Source: an uncultured bacterium
Lineage (GTDB): Bacteria; Patescibacteriota; JACMRA01
Assembly: GCA_963704645.1 (NCBI GenBank)
Contig: OY969926.1
Span: forward strand, 1,184,001 to 1,248,000
DNA length: 64,000 nucleotides
Reading direction: 5' to 3'
Shown here: positions 53,219 to 62,223 of the stretch, piece after piece
Numbering within the stretch: the stretch's first letter is position 1
Layout of the letters: every line of letters starts with the position of its first letter
Notes under the pieces: generated by a model
What the model saw: the letters and a program-made list of their open reading frames with translations, nothing else
What the model was told of the DNA's origin: nothing
The model's database searches: none
Position numbers and translations under genes: made by a program

Positions 53219-53956
53219 TTAGGGATTATTAACAACACTATCTAAAATATTTTGCTCGATTAAAGTAATATCAAATATGCCCATGCTTAGTAAGTTGGTT
53301 TGAAGGGTTTTATCAAGCCCTGCAATAATGCCTATTCCCACAAGTATAAATATAATTCCTAAGCTTTTCTTAAACCAACCGTTTGGATTGGCAAAAACCC
53401 TTAATTTTACAACCAGTTGTCTTCCTAGTAAAGAAATAGCCAGCATTATAGACGCAAGACCGATGCCGTAAATAATTATATAAACTAAACCTTCAAAGAA
53501 ACTAACTGGCAAAATAGTTGCAATAATTAGAAAATAAGTTGGACTACAACTTGCAAAAACTGGGCCTAAAGCAGCTCCAACAATTAGCGATCCTAAAGGG
53601 CTATCTTTCTGACTAGCTTTGTCTAAATTTTTATCAGCAGCACCCGACAAATTTAATTTAATTGAAATATTATTCCATAATTCAGGGAAAATATATATTA
53701 ATCCAAAACCAATTATTATTCCCCCAGAAATATACTTCCAGAAATTTGGGTCAATAGAAATTAGTAAAGTAGTTGCCTTCAACAAAATTGTGAATATTGT
53801 TATAGATATTACCAAACCTAAAGTTACTAAATACGGCTTCCACCAACTTTTAGCAGATACTGAACTTCCAATAATTATTGGCAATAAGGGCAGCACACAA
53901 GGTGCTAGAACAGTAAGAATGCCCGATACAAAAGATACTGCAGCAAGTGAAAACAT
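53219..53956 (-). CDS. ccdA: Cytochrome c biogenesis CcdA / DsbD transmembrane domain protein
   Basis: GILTVLAPCVLPLLP and LGPVFASCSP catalytic Cys motifs; multi-TM. Confidence 0.88.
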   Translation of the reverse strand: MFSLAAVSFVSGILTVLAPCVLPLLPIIIGSSVSAKSWWKPYLVTLGLVISITIFTILLKATTLLISIDPNFWKYISGGIIIGFGLIYIFPELWNNISIKLNLSGAADKNLDKASQKDSPLGSLIVGAALGPVFASCSPTYFLIIATILPVSFFEGLVYIIIYGIGLASIMLAISLLGRQLVVKLRVFANPNGWFKKSLGIIFILVGIGIIAGLDKTLQTNLLSMGIFDITLIEQNILDSVVNNP

Positions 53957-53959
53957 AAA

Positions 53960-54544
53960 TTAATTGATGAAGTAATTGTTAATTTTATCTACAGTACTTA
54001 GGCCAAATGTTTTCTTAATTAGATTACCATTTTCATCTACTTCAACAAAAGTATGTTGGAAAGTAACTCCGTACTTTTGTTTCAAGCTTGTTTCTTTGTC
54101 ATAGTCTGCACTTAATAAAATCAATTTTGGATCTATCTTAGATAAATTAGAATTTATGTCTTTAACTGCCGCTTGGCATGTTGAACACCATGAGGCATTA
54201 AAAAATATAACCACTTTTTTTCCATCTTTTGCATTAGATAAAAGACTTTGGTCATAATTTTGGTAGGTTCCAGAAGTAACAACAGGTTCAGACATTTTAT
54301 CTCCACTATTTTCCATAGCAACAGACATAGCGTCTTTTGGACTATCTTTGCTCATTGCAGTTTCTTGCATCATTTTAGAATCATCATTTTTATTTAATAC
54401 TAAACTTGTCTCCGTTTTCTTTTTTTCTTCAATAGAATTGCTATACCCATAAAGTGCAAAAGCACCGCTTACAATAATTAAACCTGCAACTATAGCAGTA
54501 ATAATTAAATTATTATTTTTAGAATTGTTGTTTGTAGTTTGCAT
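53960..54544 (-). CDS. Membrane-anchored thioredoxin-like protein
   Basis: N-terminal TM, Met-rich linker, FFNASWCSTC, LKQKYGVTFQHTFV. Confidence 0.88.
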   Translation of the reverse strand: MQTTNNNSKNNNLIITAIVAGLIIVSGAFALYGYSNSIEEKKKTETSLVLNKNDDSKMMQETAMSKDSPKDAMSVAMENSGDKMSEPVVTSGTYQNYDQSLLSNAKDGKKVVIFFNASWCSTCQAAVKDINSNLSKIDPKLILLSADYDKETSLKQKYGVTFQHTFVEVDENGNLIKKTFGLSTVDKINNYFIN

Positions 54545-54571
54545 AGATATACTGATTTATATTCAGCTCGT

Positions 54572-54647
54572 ATTAAATTTAAAGTATTTTAAACTGTCAA
54601 CCCTAGGGGGGTATAGTTTGACATATTACATTAAATACAGTTAATAT
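54572..54647. promoter_or_regulatory. Back-to-back sigma70 promoters with a CsoR/RcnR-type G/C-tract operator
   Basis: Minus strand TTGACA (54600-54595)-17-TTTAAT; plus strand TTGACA (54618-54623)-18-TAATAT; ACCCTAGGGGGGTAT lies between them. Confidence 0.65.
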
Positions 54648-54667
54648 ATTTTAACAATAAATAAAAT

Positions 54668-54961
54668 ATGATATTTAGAAAACAAACTAAAATAGTTGGT
54701 AAGCACTTTATACTTTCTGAAAAAGATAAGCAAACAATAGTTTCTTCAATTAAAAAAATAATTGGCCAGCTTGAAGCAATTAAAACCGATGTTCAAAATG
54801 ACAATGCCTGTGACGAAACTTTGGTACAAATTATGGCCGCCAAAGGAGGTGTAGAAAGTATGGGAAGAAACCTTGTAGGAAAAGGTATTTTAGATTGTCT
54901 AAACCAATATTCAAGGGAAGAACTAGAATTAGTAGTTAAAAATTTGTTTAAGTTAGATTAA
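54668..54961 (+). CDS. CsoR/RcnR-family transcriptional repressor
   Basis: IKKIIGQLEAI....NACDETLVQIMAAKGG....ILDCL. Confidence 0.85.
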   Translation: MIFRKQTKIVGKHFILSEKDKQTIVSSIKKIIGQLEAIKTDVQNDNACDETLVQIMAAKGGVESMGRNLVGKGILDCLNQYSREELELVVKNLFKLD

Positions 54962-55100
54962 AAGAAAATAGTATAGAATTAGATTTATTTGAAAAAGAAA
55001 ACCTATCAATATTTAGATTAAAATTTCTTTGAGACTAATTAAACTAAAAAGTGTAAAGTAATTTTTTGAGTAAAAAGAATGCCCCATTTTTTGGAGCTAT

Positions 55101-55439
55101 TTAAACTGGAATATAGGTCTGGCAATCGCATTTCTTATTATCTAGAAGATGTTTTAGAAATTCAATAACAACATTTATAACAATTTCATCGTTAGGTGAG
55201 TTTAACTTAAATGATACTACACTTAAATCAGCCCAACTATCAGCTTCAAGAATTTGGCATATGTCTTCAATATAACTATTCAATTCTTGAACATCAAAAT
55301 ACTTTGGTTTAACTTCATAATATAAAATTAATCTATCGTATTCTTCCTCTATTAAATACCAATGATAGCAACTAAAATATAATTCTATAGTACTTGCTTT
55401 TGAGTTAAACATTCTTACAATCGCCGGTGGATTATTCAT
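55101..55439 (-). CDS. Hypothetical protein
   Basis: 112-aa ATG ORF. Confidence 0.55.
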   Translation of the reverse strand: MNNPPAIVRMFNSKASTIELYFSCYHWYLIEEEYDRLILYYEVKPKYFDVQELNSYIEDICQILEADSWADLSVVSFKLNSPNDEIVINVVIEFLKHLLDNKKCDCQTYIPV

Positions 55440-55525
55440 TTTTTTATTTACGAAATGTTACTATTTATATTCACAATAGTTTTAAATTATTTATCAAGCC
55501 CTAGACAATATTTTTAAGTAGTCAG

Positions 55526-56650
55526 ATGTTCATTATCATGAAACAAAACATTTTTCTTTTAGCTGGAAGAACAGGTGGACCGCTTTTGCCAATTCTGGCT
55601 GTTGCAAAAAATTTACAAAATGTTGAGCCAATAATTTTAGGAATCCAAGGTGGTTTTGAAGAAAAAGTTGCTGAACAAAACAACTATCAAATTCATTTTC
55701 TACCCGAGGCCAAATTTGGTTTTTTAAGTTTTAAAAAGAAAGGTATATCAGATTTTTTACTTGGAATTTGGGATGCAATTCTAGCTATTATAAAATTAAA
55801 GATTGCTTTTATAAAATCAGTTTATTTATTATTAAAATATAAACCAAAATTAATATTAAACGCAGGAAGTTTTCTAGCTGTTCCGGTAATATTTGCAACT
55901 CAGTTGACTAACTTTTTAAGACTAACCAAAACTAAAATTGTTATACATCAACAAGACCCTTTACCAGGACTTGCTAATAATTCAACAATAAAATTTGGAG
56001 ATGTAAACACAGCAGTTTTTGAATACACGAAAAACAATTTCCCAAAGTTTAAAAATGTGGAAATTATTCCTAATCCTGTTAATTTTGAAGCTTTTGACGA
56101 AGCAAGCCAGCGTGACTGGAAAGATGGAAAACTTGAAAATTTCTTCAACCAAGTTTCTAAACCAATTTTTCTAATTTTTGGAGGTGGAAGTGGCTCGCTG
56201 GATATTAACAATTGGGTTGTAAACAATTCAGATAATTTACTTAAAAATTTTAAAATTATTCACTTAACAGGAGTGCTGCAAACCATAACCCTAAAGGAGA
56301 TACAAGACCCAAGTTATTTAAGACTAGATGCTGTTTTAGAAGATATGCCAAAACTATTACAAAGTGTAAATTTAGTTTTATGCAGGGCTGGAATGGGTTC
56401 AATAACCGAGCTAGAATATATAGGAAAAAATTCTTTTCTAGTTCCATTGCCTAACTCTCATCAGGAAGTTAATGCCCAACAGGTTAAAGACAAATTTATT
56501 ATTTTGGAGCAGAAGAATATGGATACTTGGTTGGAAACTATTTTAGAAGACTTTCCTTCAAAATTCAAAAAAATAGAATCAAATCATCAAGCAGAAATTA
56601 AAGAAAAATTACAACACTATTTCCAAAAAATTCAAAGTTTGTTAGATTAG
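55526..56650 (+). CDS. murG: MurG undecaprenyl-PP-MurNAc-pentapeptide GlcNAc transferase (GT28)
   Basis: AGRTGG, HQQDPLPGLAN, IPNPV, IFGGGSGS, CRAG.GSITE, LVPL..HQEVNA. Alternative ATG at 55538. Confidence 0.88.
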   Translation: MFIIMKQNIFLLAGRTGGPLLPILAVAKNLQNVEPIILGIQGGFEEKVAEQNNYQIHFLPEAKFGFLSFKKKGISDFLLGIWDAILAIIKLKIAFIKSVYLLLKYKPKLILNAGSFLAVPVIFATQLTNFLRLTKTKIVIHQQDPLPGLANNSTIKFGDVNTAVFEYTKNNFPKFKNVEIIPNPVNFEAFDEASQRDWKDGKLENFFNQVSKPIFLIFGGGSGSLDINNWVVNNSDNLLKNFKIIHLTGVLQTITLKEIQDPSYLRLDAVLEDMPKLLQSVNLVLCRAGMGSITELEYIGKNSFLVPLPNSHQEVNAQQVKDKFIILEQKNMDTWLETILEDFPSKFKKIESNHQAEIKEKLQHYFQKIQSLLD

Positions 56651-56766
56651 AATTAAGGTTTGGTGGGTGTAATTCTTTTTTGTAAATACAAGTACTTTTT
56701 TCCAATTAGCATTATTAAATATAAGGTGGAAAATAATTTGGATAGTACTGACACAAAATCCCTAAT

Positions 56767-56789
56767 GGAGACACGGAGGTCTCCGCTAC
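56767..56789 (-). repeat. GTAG-type REP hairpin downstream of murG
   Basis: Minus strand reads GTAG-C-GGAGAC-ctccgt-GTCTCC. Confidence 0.65.
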
Positions 56790-56814
56790 ATAAACTATTT
56801 ATATTATAAACTAT

Positions 56815-57285
56815 ATGCCCTACTCTATTCAAAATTTGATTGATGATTTAACTCAGTTTGGGCTTAATAGCCAAAGCTTCGTGTTGAACCAAAATAAAAT
56901 TCAGGTACCAAGTGTTACCGATTCTAATTTTCAGTTTAGACTTACTTTTGAAGTTACAGAAAAGATAATTTTAGTTTCTACTACTCGGTTAATTGGAAGT
57001 TTGGAAACTGGAAGTTTGCCTTTTTATTTACAGGCCATGGATACAATTAATGGAACCAAAATTTTTATTAATCCAAACGATAGTTTAAACAGAGACAACA
57101 ACTGGATTTTAGAAATGGGTTTTGAAATGTTTACAGAAACCTTTCACCAGAACGACTTTTTCTTAAGGTTAGATATGCTGTTTTATAACATTGATAAGCT
57201 TTTAACTCTGGCATTAGATGAGGAAATTGTAACTATAAATGTGTTAGCCCAAAACCCAAATGCTTGCACAGCAGAACAGGTTTAG
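56815..57285 (+). CDS. Hypothetical protein
   Basis: 156-aa ATG ORF. Confidence 0.65.
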   Translation: MPYSIQNLIDDLTQFGLNSQSFVLNQNKIQVPSVTDSNFQFRLTFEVTEKIILVSTTRLIGSLETGSLPFYLQAMDTINGTKIFINPNDSLNRDNNWILEMGFEMFTETFHQNDFFLRLDMLFYNIDKLLTLALDEEIVTINVLAQNPNACTAEQV

Positions 57286-57344
57286 TTAGTTGCGTGCATT
57301 GCAATCTTGACAAAGGAAAAACATGAAAACATGCTTAGAAAGAT

Positions 57345-57418
57345 AGGGGTATAGTTAAATGGTATAACATAGGTCTCCAAAACCTGTGTCGTGGGTTCGA
57401 TTCCTACTACCCCTGCCA
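57345..57418 (+). tRNA. tRNA-Trp (CCA)
   Basis: Acceptor stem AGGGGTA/TACCCCT, anticodon loop CT-CCA-AA, T-loop GGTTCGATTCC, discriminator G, encoded CCA; TTGACA at 57307. Confidence 0.95.
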
Positions 57419-57438
57419 AAGCTAAGTTATTGCTAACA

Positions 57439-58449
57439 ATGCCACCCATTTCTGATATTTTAAAATTTTTTAGTGGTTTTGTTAGTTTGGTCTTAGGGGT
57501 TTTTAACACAAATAGAGTTTATATTAAATTAATAGATTCTGATAATATAAATATAATTAAAGGTTCAAAGATTTATCCTAATTACAGTCATTCAGGATAC
57601 GATTTTGCCTATCTAGATTTTCAAATACAAAATACATCTGACACACAATTAAATATTTCCAATTTAGAAATAAATATTGGTAAGGCAGACTTAAATTATA
57701 GGCCTATTTTAGATTTATCTTATTCAGGCTATAATTGTTTATATTCTCAGTCTCCAAACAATGTATGGCACGATCTTGAATTTCAGTTTCTCAATAGTTC
57801 AATTTATGAATTAAATGAATTAAAAGTTGAAATAATATCAAGAAAAAACAAAAAATTACATATACTTTTAGCCAACAATGTAAAGACAATAAACAAGATT
57901 AAAAGTGGTGAGAAAATTAATGTTAAACTGTTAACGAAAAATGACATTTACACCGATATAATCTTTAATTTATATGAGAATTTTAGAGGTGTTAAAATTG
58001 TAAGTTTGTTATTAAAGATTTCATACAAAGTAGACAATAAAATTGGCGTTATTAAACTAACACTACCTTTTGAAAATGAAAAAACAAGGAAAGATTTAGG
58101 TTTGTACTTAGAAAGAGACATTGGATTCGTTAACTATACAATTCAAAGAGGTGCAGGAGGTCCATTTAGTAACAGCGGCACTTTAGATATGGATAAAATA
58201 AAATATATAAATTCTAAACAAACACATTCTTTCTCACTAAAAGAAACTGTACCAGCAAAATCTACTAAAAATATTGCCTTTTATCTAGCAATGCCGAAAC
58301 CTGTAATTATGGAAAATGTTGATTTTAAGTTTACAGGGGTAAAACACAATAGGCTAAAATTTAATATCGAAACTAATTTTAGACATTATTGTTATGAACA
58401 AATATTTAATCGGTTGGATCCAAAAATAACTAAAGGAGTTTTAAAGTAA
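57439..58449 (+). CDS. Hypothetical AT-rich protein immediately downstream of tRNA-Trp
   Basis: The ATG at 57439 avoids overlap with the tRNA; short N-terminal hydrophobic stretch. Confidence 0.7.
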   Translation: MPPISDILKFFSGFVSLVLGVFNTNRVYIKLIDSDNINIIKGSKIYPNYSHSGYDFAYLDFQIQNTSDTQLNISNLEINIGKADLNYRPILDLSYSGYNCLYSQSPNNVWHDLEFQFLNSSIYELNELKVEIISRKNKKLHILLANNVKTINKIKSGEKINVKLLTKNDIYTDIIFNLYENFRGVKIVSLLLKISYKVDNKIGVIKLTLPFENEKTRKDLGLYLERDIGFVNYTIQRGAGGPFSNSGTLDMDKIKYINSKQTHSFSLKETVPAKSTKNIAFYLAMPKPVIMENVDFKFTGVKHNRLKFNIETNFRHYCYEQIFNRLDPKITKGVLK

Positions 58450-58524
58450 ATGGGTCAATAGTATGACCAGAAATGCCTATTTAAAGGGGCAATCTACGGT
58501 AAATATTTAGAAATAGAAAAATTA

Positions 58525-59581
58525 GAGTTAATAACCAAAAACTATCACTTAAAAACTCCACTTCTGTTGATTAAATAGATATATTATGGCATAATAACTT
58601 AAACACTCCAAGTTTTTGTATGTCTAGACACTGTATTTTCTGTTATTCAATTGAAGTTATTAAGAAAGGAAAACAGTCTGGAAGACAGAAATATTTCTGT
58701 AGAAATTGTAACAAATACTTTCAATCCAAACCTCAAAAATCTCGTAAGGTTGATTCTATTGTTAATGCCTTAACTTTTAAAAAAATTACTCAGATTTAGA
58801 TCTAAATAATAAGACTGTTCGTAAAATTGTAGATGAATATGAAGTTAAATTTACTCAGGTAGAGCCAAGTATAATTAACCTAGTCTGTGACTGTACCTTC
58901 TTTAGAAAAAGAAAAGATAAAGATGGTTTAATAATATTCTTTGATTCAATTACAGGAAAAGTATTATGGCATAAGTTTATACAATCTGAAACTAAGTCTA
59001 ATTATTTAGAAGGATTAAACTACATACTCCAGAAGGGTTTTAAAATACAATCTGTAACCTTAGATGGAAGAAAAGGTATTCCAGAGGTATTTAGAGATTA
59101 TCCAGTCCAAATATGTCAGTTTCATATACAAAAGAGAATAAGCACTTTAATTACAAAGAATCCTAGAACAATAGCTGGAAAAGAACTTAACCAAATAAAT
59201 AACTTATTCATTAAAAACAAATTAACAGAACAGAGATTAGGTAAAACTCTGGCTTTATACACAAAAAGAAACCAAGACTTTCTAAGCCAAAGAAATGAAC
59301 AAGGACAATACCTACATAGTAGAATAATTACAGCTTTAAAAACATTCAAAAGAAATATGAATAGATTGTTTGCTTTTCAAGAATACCCAACTCTTAATAT
59401 CCCTAATACAACCAATCATATTGATGGAGGAATAAATACTAAATTAAAAGATTTAAATAGAAGGCATAGAGGAATGAGACAAGATAGAAGGAATAAACTT
59501 CTCACCAATTTATTGTATAATTTGAAGGGCGAAAAGGTTAGAAATATATAATTTCAGGTGATAGTTTTTGGTTATTAACTC
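58525..59581 (+). mobile_element. Insertion sequence, 1057 bp, probably IS256-like (Zn-finger variant)
   Basis: Perfect 24-bp TIRs GAGTTAATAACCAAAAACTATCAC (58525-58548 / 59558-59581); 8-bp TSD AAAAATTA (58517-58524 / 59582-59589). Confidence 0.92.
58620..59551 (+). pseudogene. DDE transposase split by a -1 frameshift at an A7 run (pseudogene or programmed slippage)
   Basis: Frame 1, 58620-58799: MSRHCIFC..KKGKQSGRQKYFCRNC Zn finger. The -1 frame, 58781-59551: LVCDCTFF..SVTLDGRKG..PVQICQFH..IPNTTNHIDG. Confidence 0.8.
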
Positions 59582-59747
59582 AAAAATTAGTAAGAGAAAT
59601 AAATTAGCAATGAAAGACGCTTTGTCCTTTATCTATAAGTATTAATAGATAATAGTGTAGACAAAAAGTTAAGTTTAAAAATGCCAAGTTTTACAAATTA
59701 AATTAATAATTTTGAATAGAAATTGGATAATTATTTATACAGGCCAG

Positions 59748-60488
59748 TTATACTTTACTACAATCCCATTCATCAATAAACCCTTTTTTAAAGTATGCTA
59801 AAGTACTGGGACTTACATAGTCTACCCCAATTTTTGGATTGTTAATTTGATCTTCATAGTATAGTATACTTTTAGCCAGATTTTCTTCGCAGATTTTAAT
59901 TCTTTCTTCTTTTGGTAGAGCATTAAAGGCTGCTGTATTTTTATCCAACTGTTCATTTTTAGCTTGTTCAGCTAGTACTTTTTGTAGTTTATCTGGAGGT
60001 AGGTTTAGGCCTGGATCGTTAACAATATTTACTTTGTCAGGATTTTGTTTATACACATCATATTTTTTAGCTATTTCTATTGCGTTCTCATAAGTATAGG
60101 TTATGGAATAAGATATTATTGATTCTTGAACTGTAAATTCAAATAGGCCTGTTCTTTTAAGATAAAATGTTTCCCATTGCACTCTTGATACATTTGCAGG
60201 TGTTAGCTCTTTTAAAAGAACAAACGTTGTAACAGGATTCATTAAATCATATTTTGTTAAGACAAACTGCTTTTTAGAATTATTTTTTATTGCAAATTCA
60301 GTTACAGTTCCTGCCCTTCTTGAGTCTCCCTTTTCCCAATATTTCATTGTGGCATCTTGTATTTTAGAAACATCATATTGGTATGCAAAGTAACCTCCTA
60401 TCGCTACAATAGCTATTAAGGAGAGTATTGAGATTATTAAGTTTTTTCTTGTGATTAGTTTGGTGATTGTTGTTTTAAACATAATCAT
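59748..60488 (-). CDS. Membrane-anchored hypothetical protein, paralog family of 61698-62222
   Basis: N-terminal TM; DLMNP..LKRTGLFEFTV..AIEIAKKYDVYKQNPD; ATG at 60488 or 60482. Confidence 0.8.
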   Translation of the reverse strand: MIMFKTTITKLITRKNLIISILSLIAIVAIGGYFAYQYDVSKIQDATMKYWEKGDSRRAGTVTEFAIKNNSKKQFVLTKYDLMNPVTTFVLLKELTPANVSRVQWETFYLKRTGLFEFTVQESIISYSITYTYENAIEIAKKYDVYKQNPDKVNIVNDPGLNLPPDKLQKVLAEQAKNEQLDKNTAAFNALPKEERIKICEENLAKSILYYEDQINNPKIGVDYVSPSTLAYFKKGFIDEWDCSKV

Positions 60489-60489
60489 A

Positions 60490-60876
60490 TTACCCGCACT
60501 TGGCGTTATCAATTACATATTTGATTGAATCTAAATTGGTCTTATCAGTTTTATTTCCTTCAAAATCTTGTCCATTTAAAGTTGCTTGATACAAAGCTTT
60601 TTGTCTTTCAATTTGCTGTAAACATACCTTCTGTTTTTCTACTTCAGATAAATTATTAAAGTTGTTTTGCTCTCGCTCTTCATTTAATCTGTTCTGTAGA
60701 TCTAAATTGGCATCTTCAATTTCTTTTTGAGTTGGAGAAATCCTATTTGTAATTTTAGAAGTATCAGGGTTATTTGTATTGATATTAAATTGTTTAACTA
60801 ACTCTACAACTCTATCAAAGTCTAAACCAGTAGTAGGGTTTTGGTTGTCAGTTTGAACTTTCCAATTATTTGATTT
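60490..60876 (-). pseudogene. Headless 128-codon paralog fragment with no start codon
   Basis: Hand translation KSNNWKVQT..DFDRVVELVKQFNINTNNPD..FNNLSEVEKQKVC..NAKCG* resembles the C-terminal half of the 59748 protein. It is preceded by an in-frame TAG. Confidence 0.7.
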
Positions 60877-60917
60877 CTATACTAATTAAAGAATTTAAAT
60901 TCTATATCTTCGGTTTT

Positions 60918-61652
60918 TTAAAATGAATTTTCATTATTTTGAATCATATTTACAGCGAAATTAGCATAGTAAACAAAGCCTTCTTTTCTTTCCCCTTTTG
61001 AATTTTGACTAGCTATATCGTCATAATATGGAGCAAATAGTAGAAATTTATCTGAATTACTTTCAACTTTGGTAGATTTGCTTATATAATTCAACAATAC
61101 ATCCCTATCTGCTAACCTATAGTTTACAAGCTTTTCATTAAAAGGCTTTACTTGCCCCAGCTCAATATTATGTGTGGGAATAGGATCGTCCATTATTATT
61201 ACCTGACCTTGAGCGAATCCAGGTGTAATAAAATCATAATTATATAATGAATTCAGACACTCTTTTAAGGTTGGCTGATACACAAAACCAAGCTTTAAAC
61301 CATTTACTTTCCAATCTAAGCTAAATATATTTTCACGACTTACTTGTACATATGCAAACCTAACAACACTCAATCCTACACCTAGCTGATAGCCATTAAA
61401 AACCACAACATAAGTACTTTTCAATGGATTTAGCCTGTCCTTTTCAGTATCTTTTGTGAAAATTTCATTTGGCAGTGATTTATCTATTTGGCTTCTAAGT
61501 TCATTAAAATTTATATGTTCAGAATTTTCTATATAGACAAACTCATTATTAATAGTTGAATTAACGGCATTTATTTTAGGTAGGAACACAGCCAGGAAAA
61601 TAATTAATCCACAAAGGATTGTGTTGGAAATATATTTTAAGAGTTTTTTCAT
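60918..61652 (-). CDS. Membrane-anchored hypothetical protein, distant member of the same paralog family
   Basis: N-terminal TM; DRLNP..VSRENIFSLDWKV..NYD. Confidence 0.75.
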   Translation of the reverse strand: MKKLLKYISNTILCGLIIFLAVFLPKINAVNSTINNEFVYIENSEHINFNELRSQIDKSLPNEIFTKDTEKDRLNPLKSTYVVVFNGYQLGVGLSVVRFAYVQVSRENIFSLDWKVNGLKLGFVYQPTLKECLNSLYNYDFITPGFAQGQVIIMDDPIPTHNIELGQVKPFNEKLVNYRLADRDVLLNYISKSTKVESNSDKFLLFAPYYDDIASQNSKGERKEGFVYYANFAVNMIQNNENSF

Positions 61653-61697
61653 TAGGCTAATTTAATTTTAAGAATTAATTTTAATTACTGTATTTTG

Positions 61698-62222
61698 CTA
61701 TTTACTTTCTGAACTACCTTGGCTTGGAATAGTAACACCTTCTGAACCTACATATTGTCTGCCTGAAGAGGGCTGAAGTGTAGCAAAAACTGTAATATTG
61801 GCAGGATCAGGGTTTTCTTTAGAAAGATCGTACTTTTGAGCAATGGATACGGCTTCGGAGAAGGGCTTTTTTACTTCAAAAGGAGTGTATGATTCAACTT
61901 CAAAACTAAAAAGTGAGGTTCTTTTAAGAGTAATTAATTCGATATAGGAGTATTCTTGGTTGTTTGAATATATTAAGCAGTATTTAGGATTAATCATATC
62001 AAAAGTTGTAAATACTATTTCAGATCTAATACCATTTTCTGAGTAAGTACTCCAACCACCCTTTATTTTACTGTTTGAGTCTGAAGATAACTTTACCCCA
62101 TTATTTATTTCATCAATTATACTAGTTTTTGGAATAGTATAAACCGGTAAAATAGCTAAAAGAATTATAGCAAATATTACTATAAATGCTATAAGTGTAG
62201 GGATGATTTTTGATTTGTTCAT
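61698..62222 (-). CDS. Membrane-anchored hypothetical protein (candidate immunity/partner of the lipase)
   Basis: Starts 1 nt after the lipase stop; N-terminal TM; DMINP..LKRTSLFSFEV..AVSIAQKYDLSKENPD. Confidence 0.8.
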   Translation of the reverse strand: MNKSKIIPTLIAFIVIFAIILLAILPVYTIPKTSIIDEINNGVKLSSDSNSKIKGGWSTYSENGIRSEIVFTTFDMINPKYCLIYSNNQEYSYIELITLKRTSLFSFEVESYTPFEVKKPFSEAVSIAQKYDLSKENPDPANITVFATLQPSSGRQYVGSEGVTIPSQGSSESK

Positions 62223-62223
62223 A

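Noticed and set aside
57282-57509. ORFs overlapping tRNA-Trp (minus-strand 75 aa; GTG start at 57391)
   Set aside because: They overlap a clear tRNA gene.
59357-59551. 64-aa ORF as an independent gene
   Set aside because: It is the C-terminal end of the frameshifted transposase.
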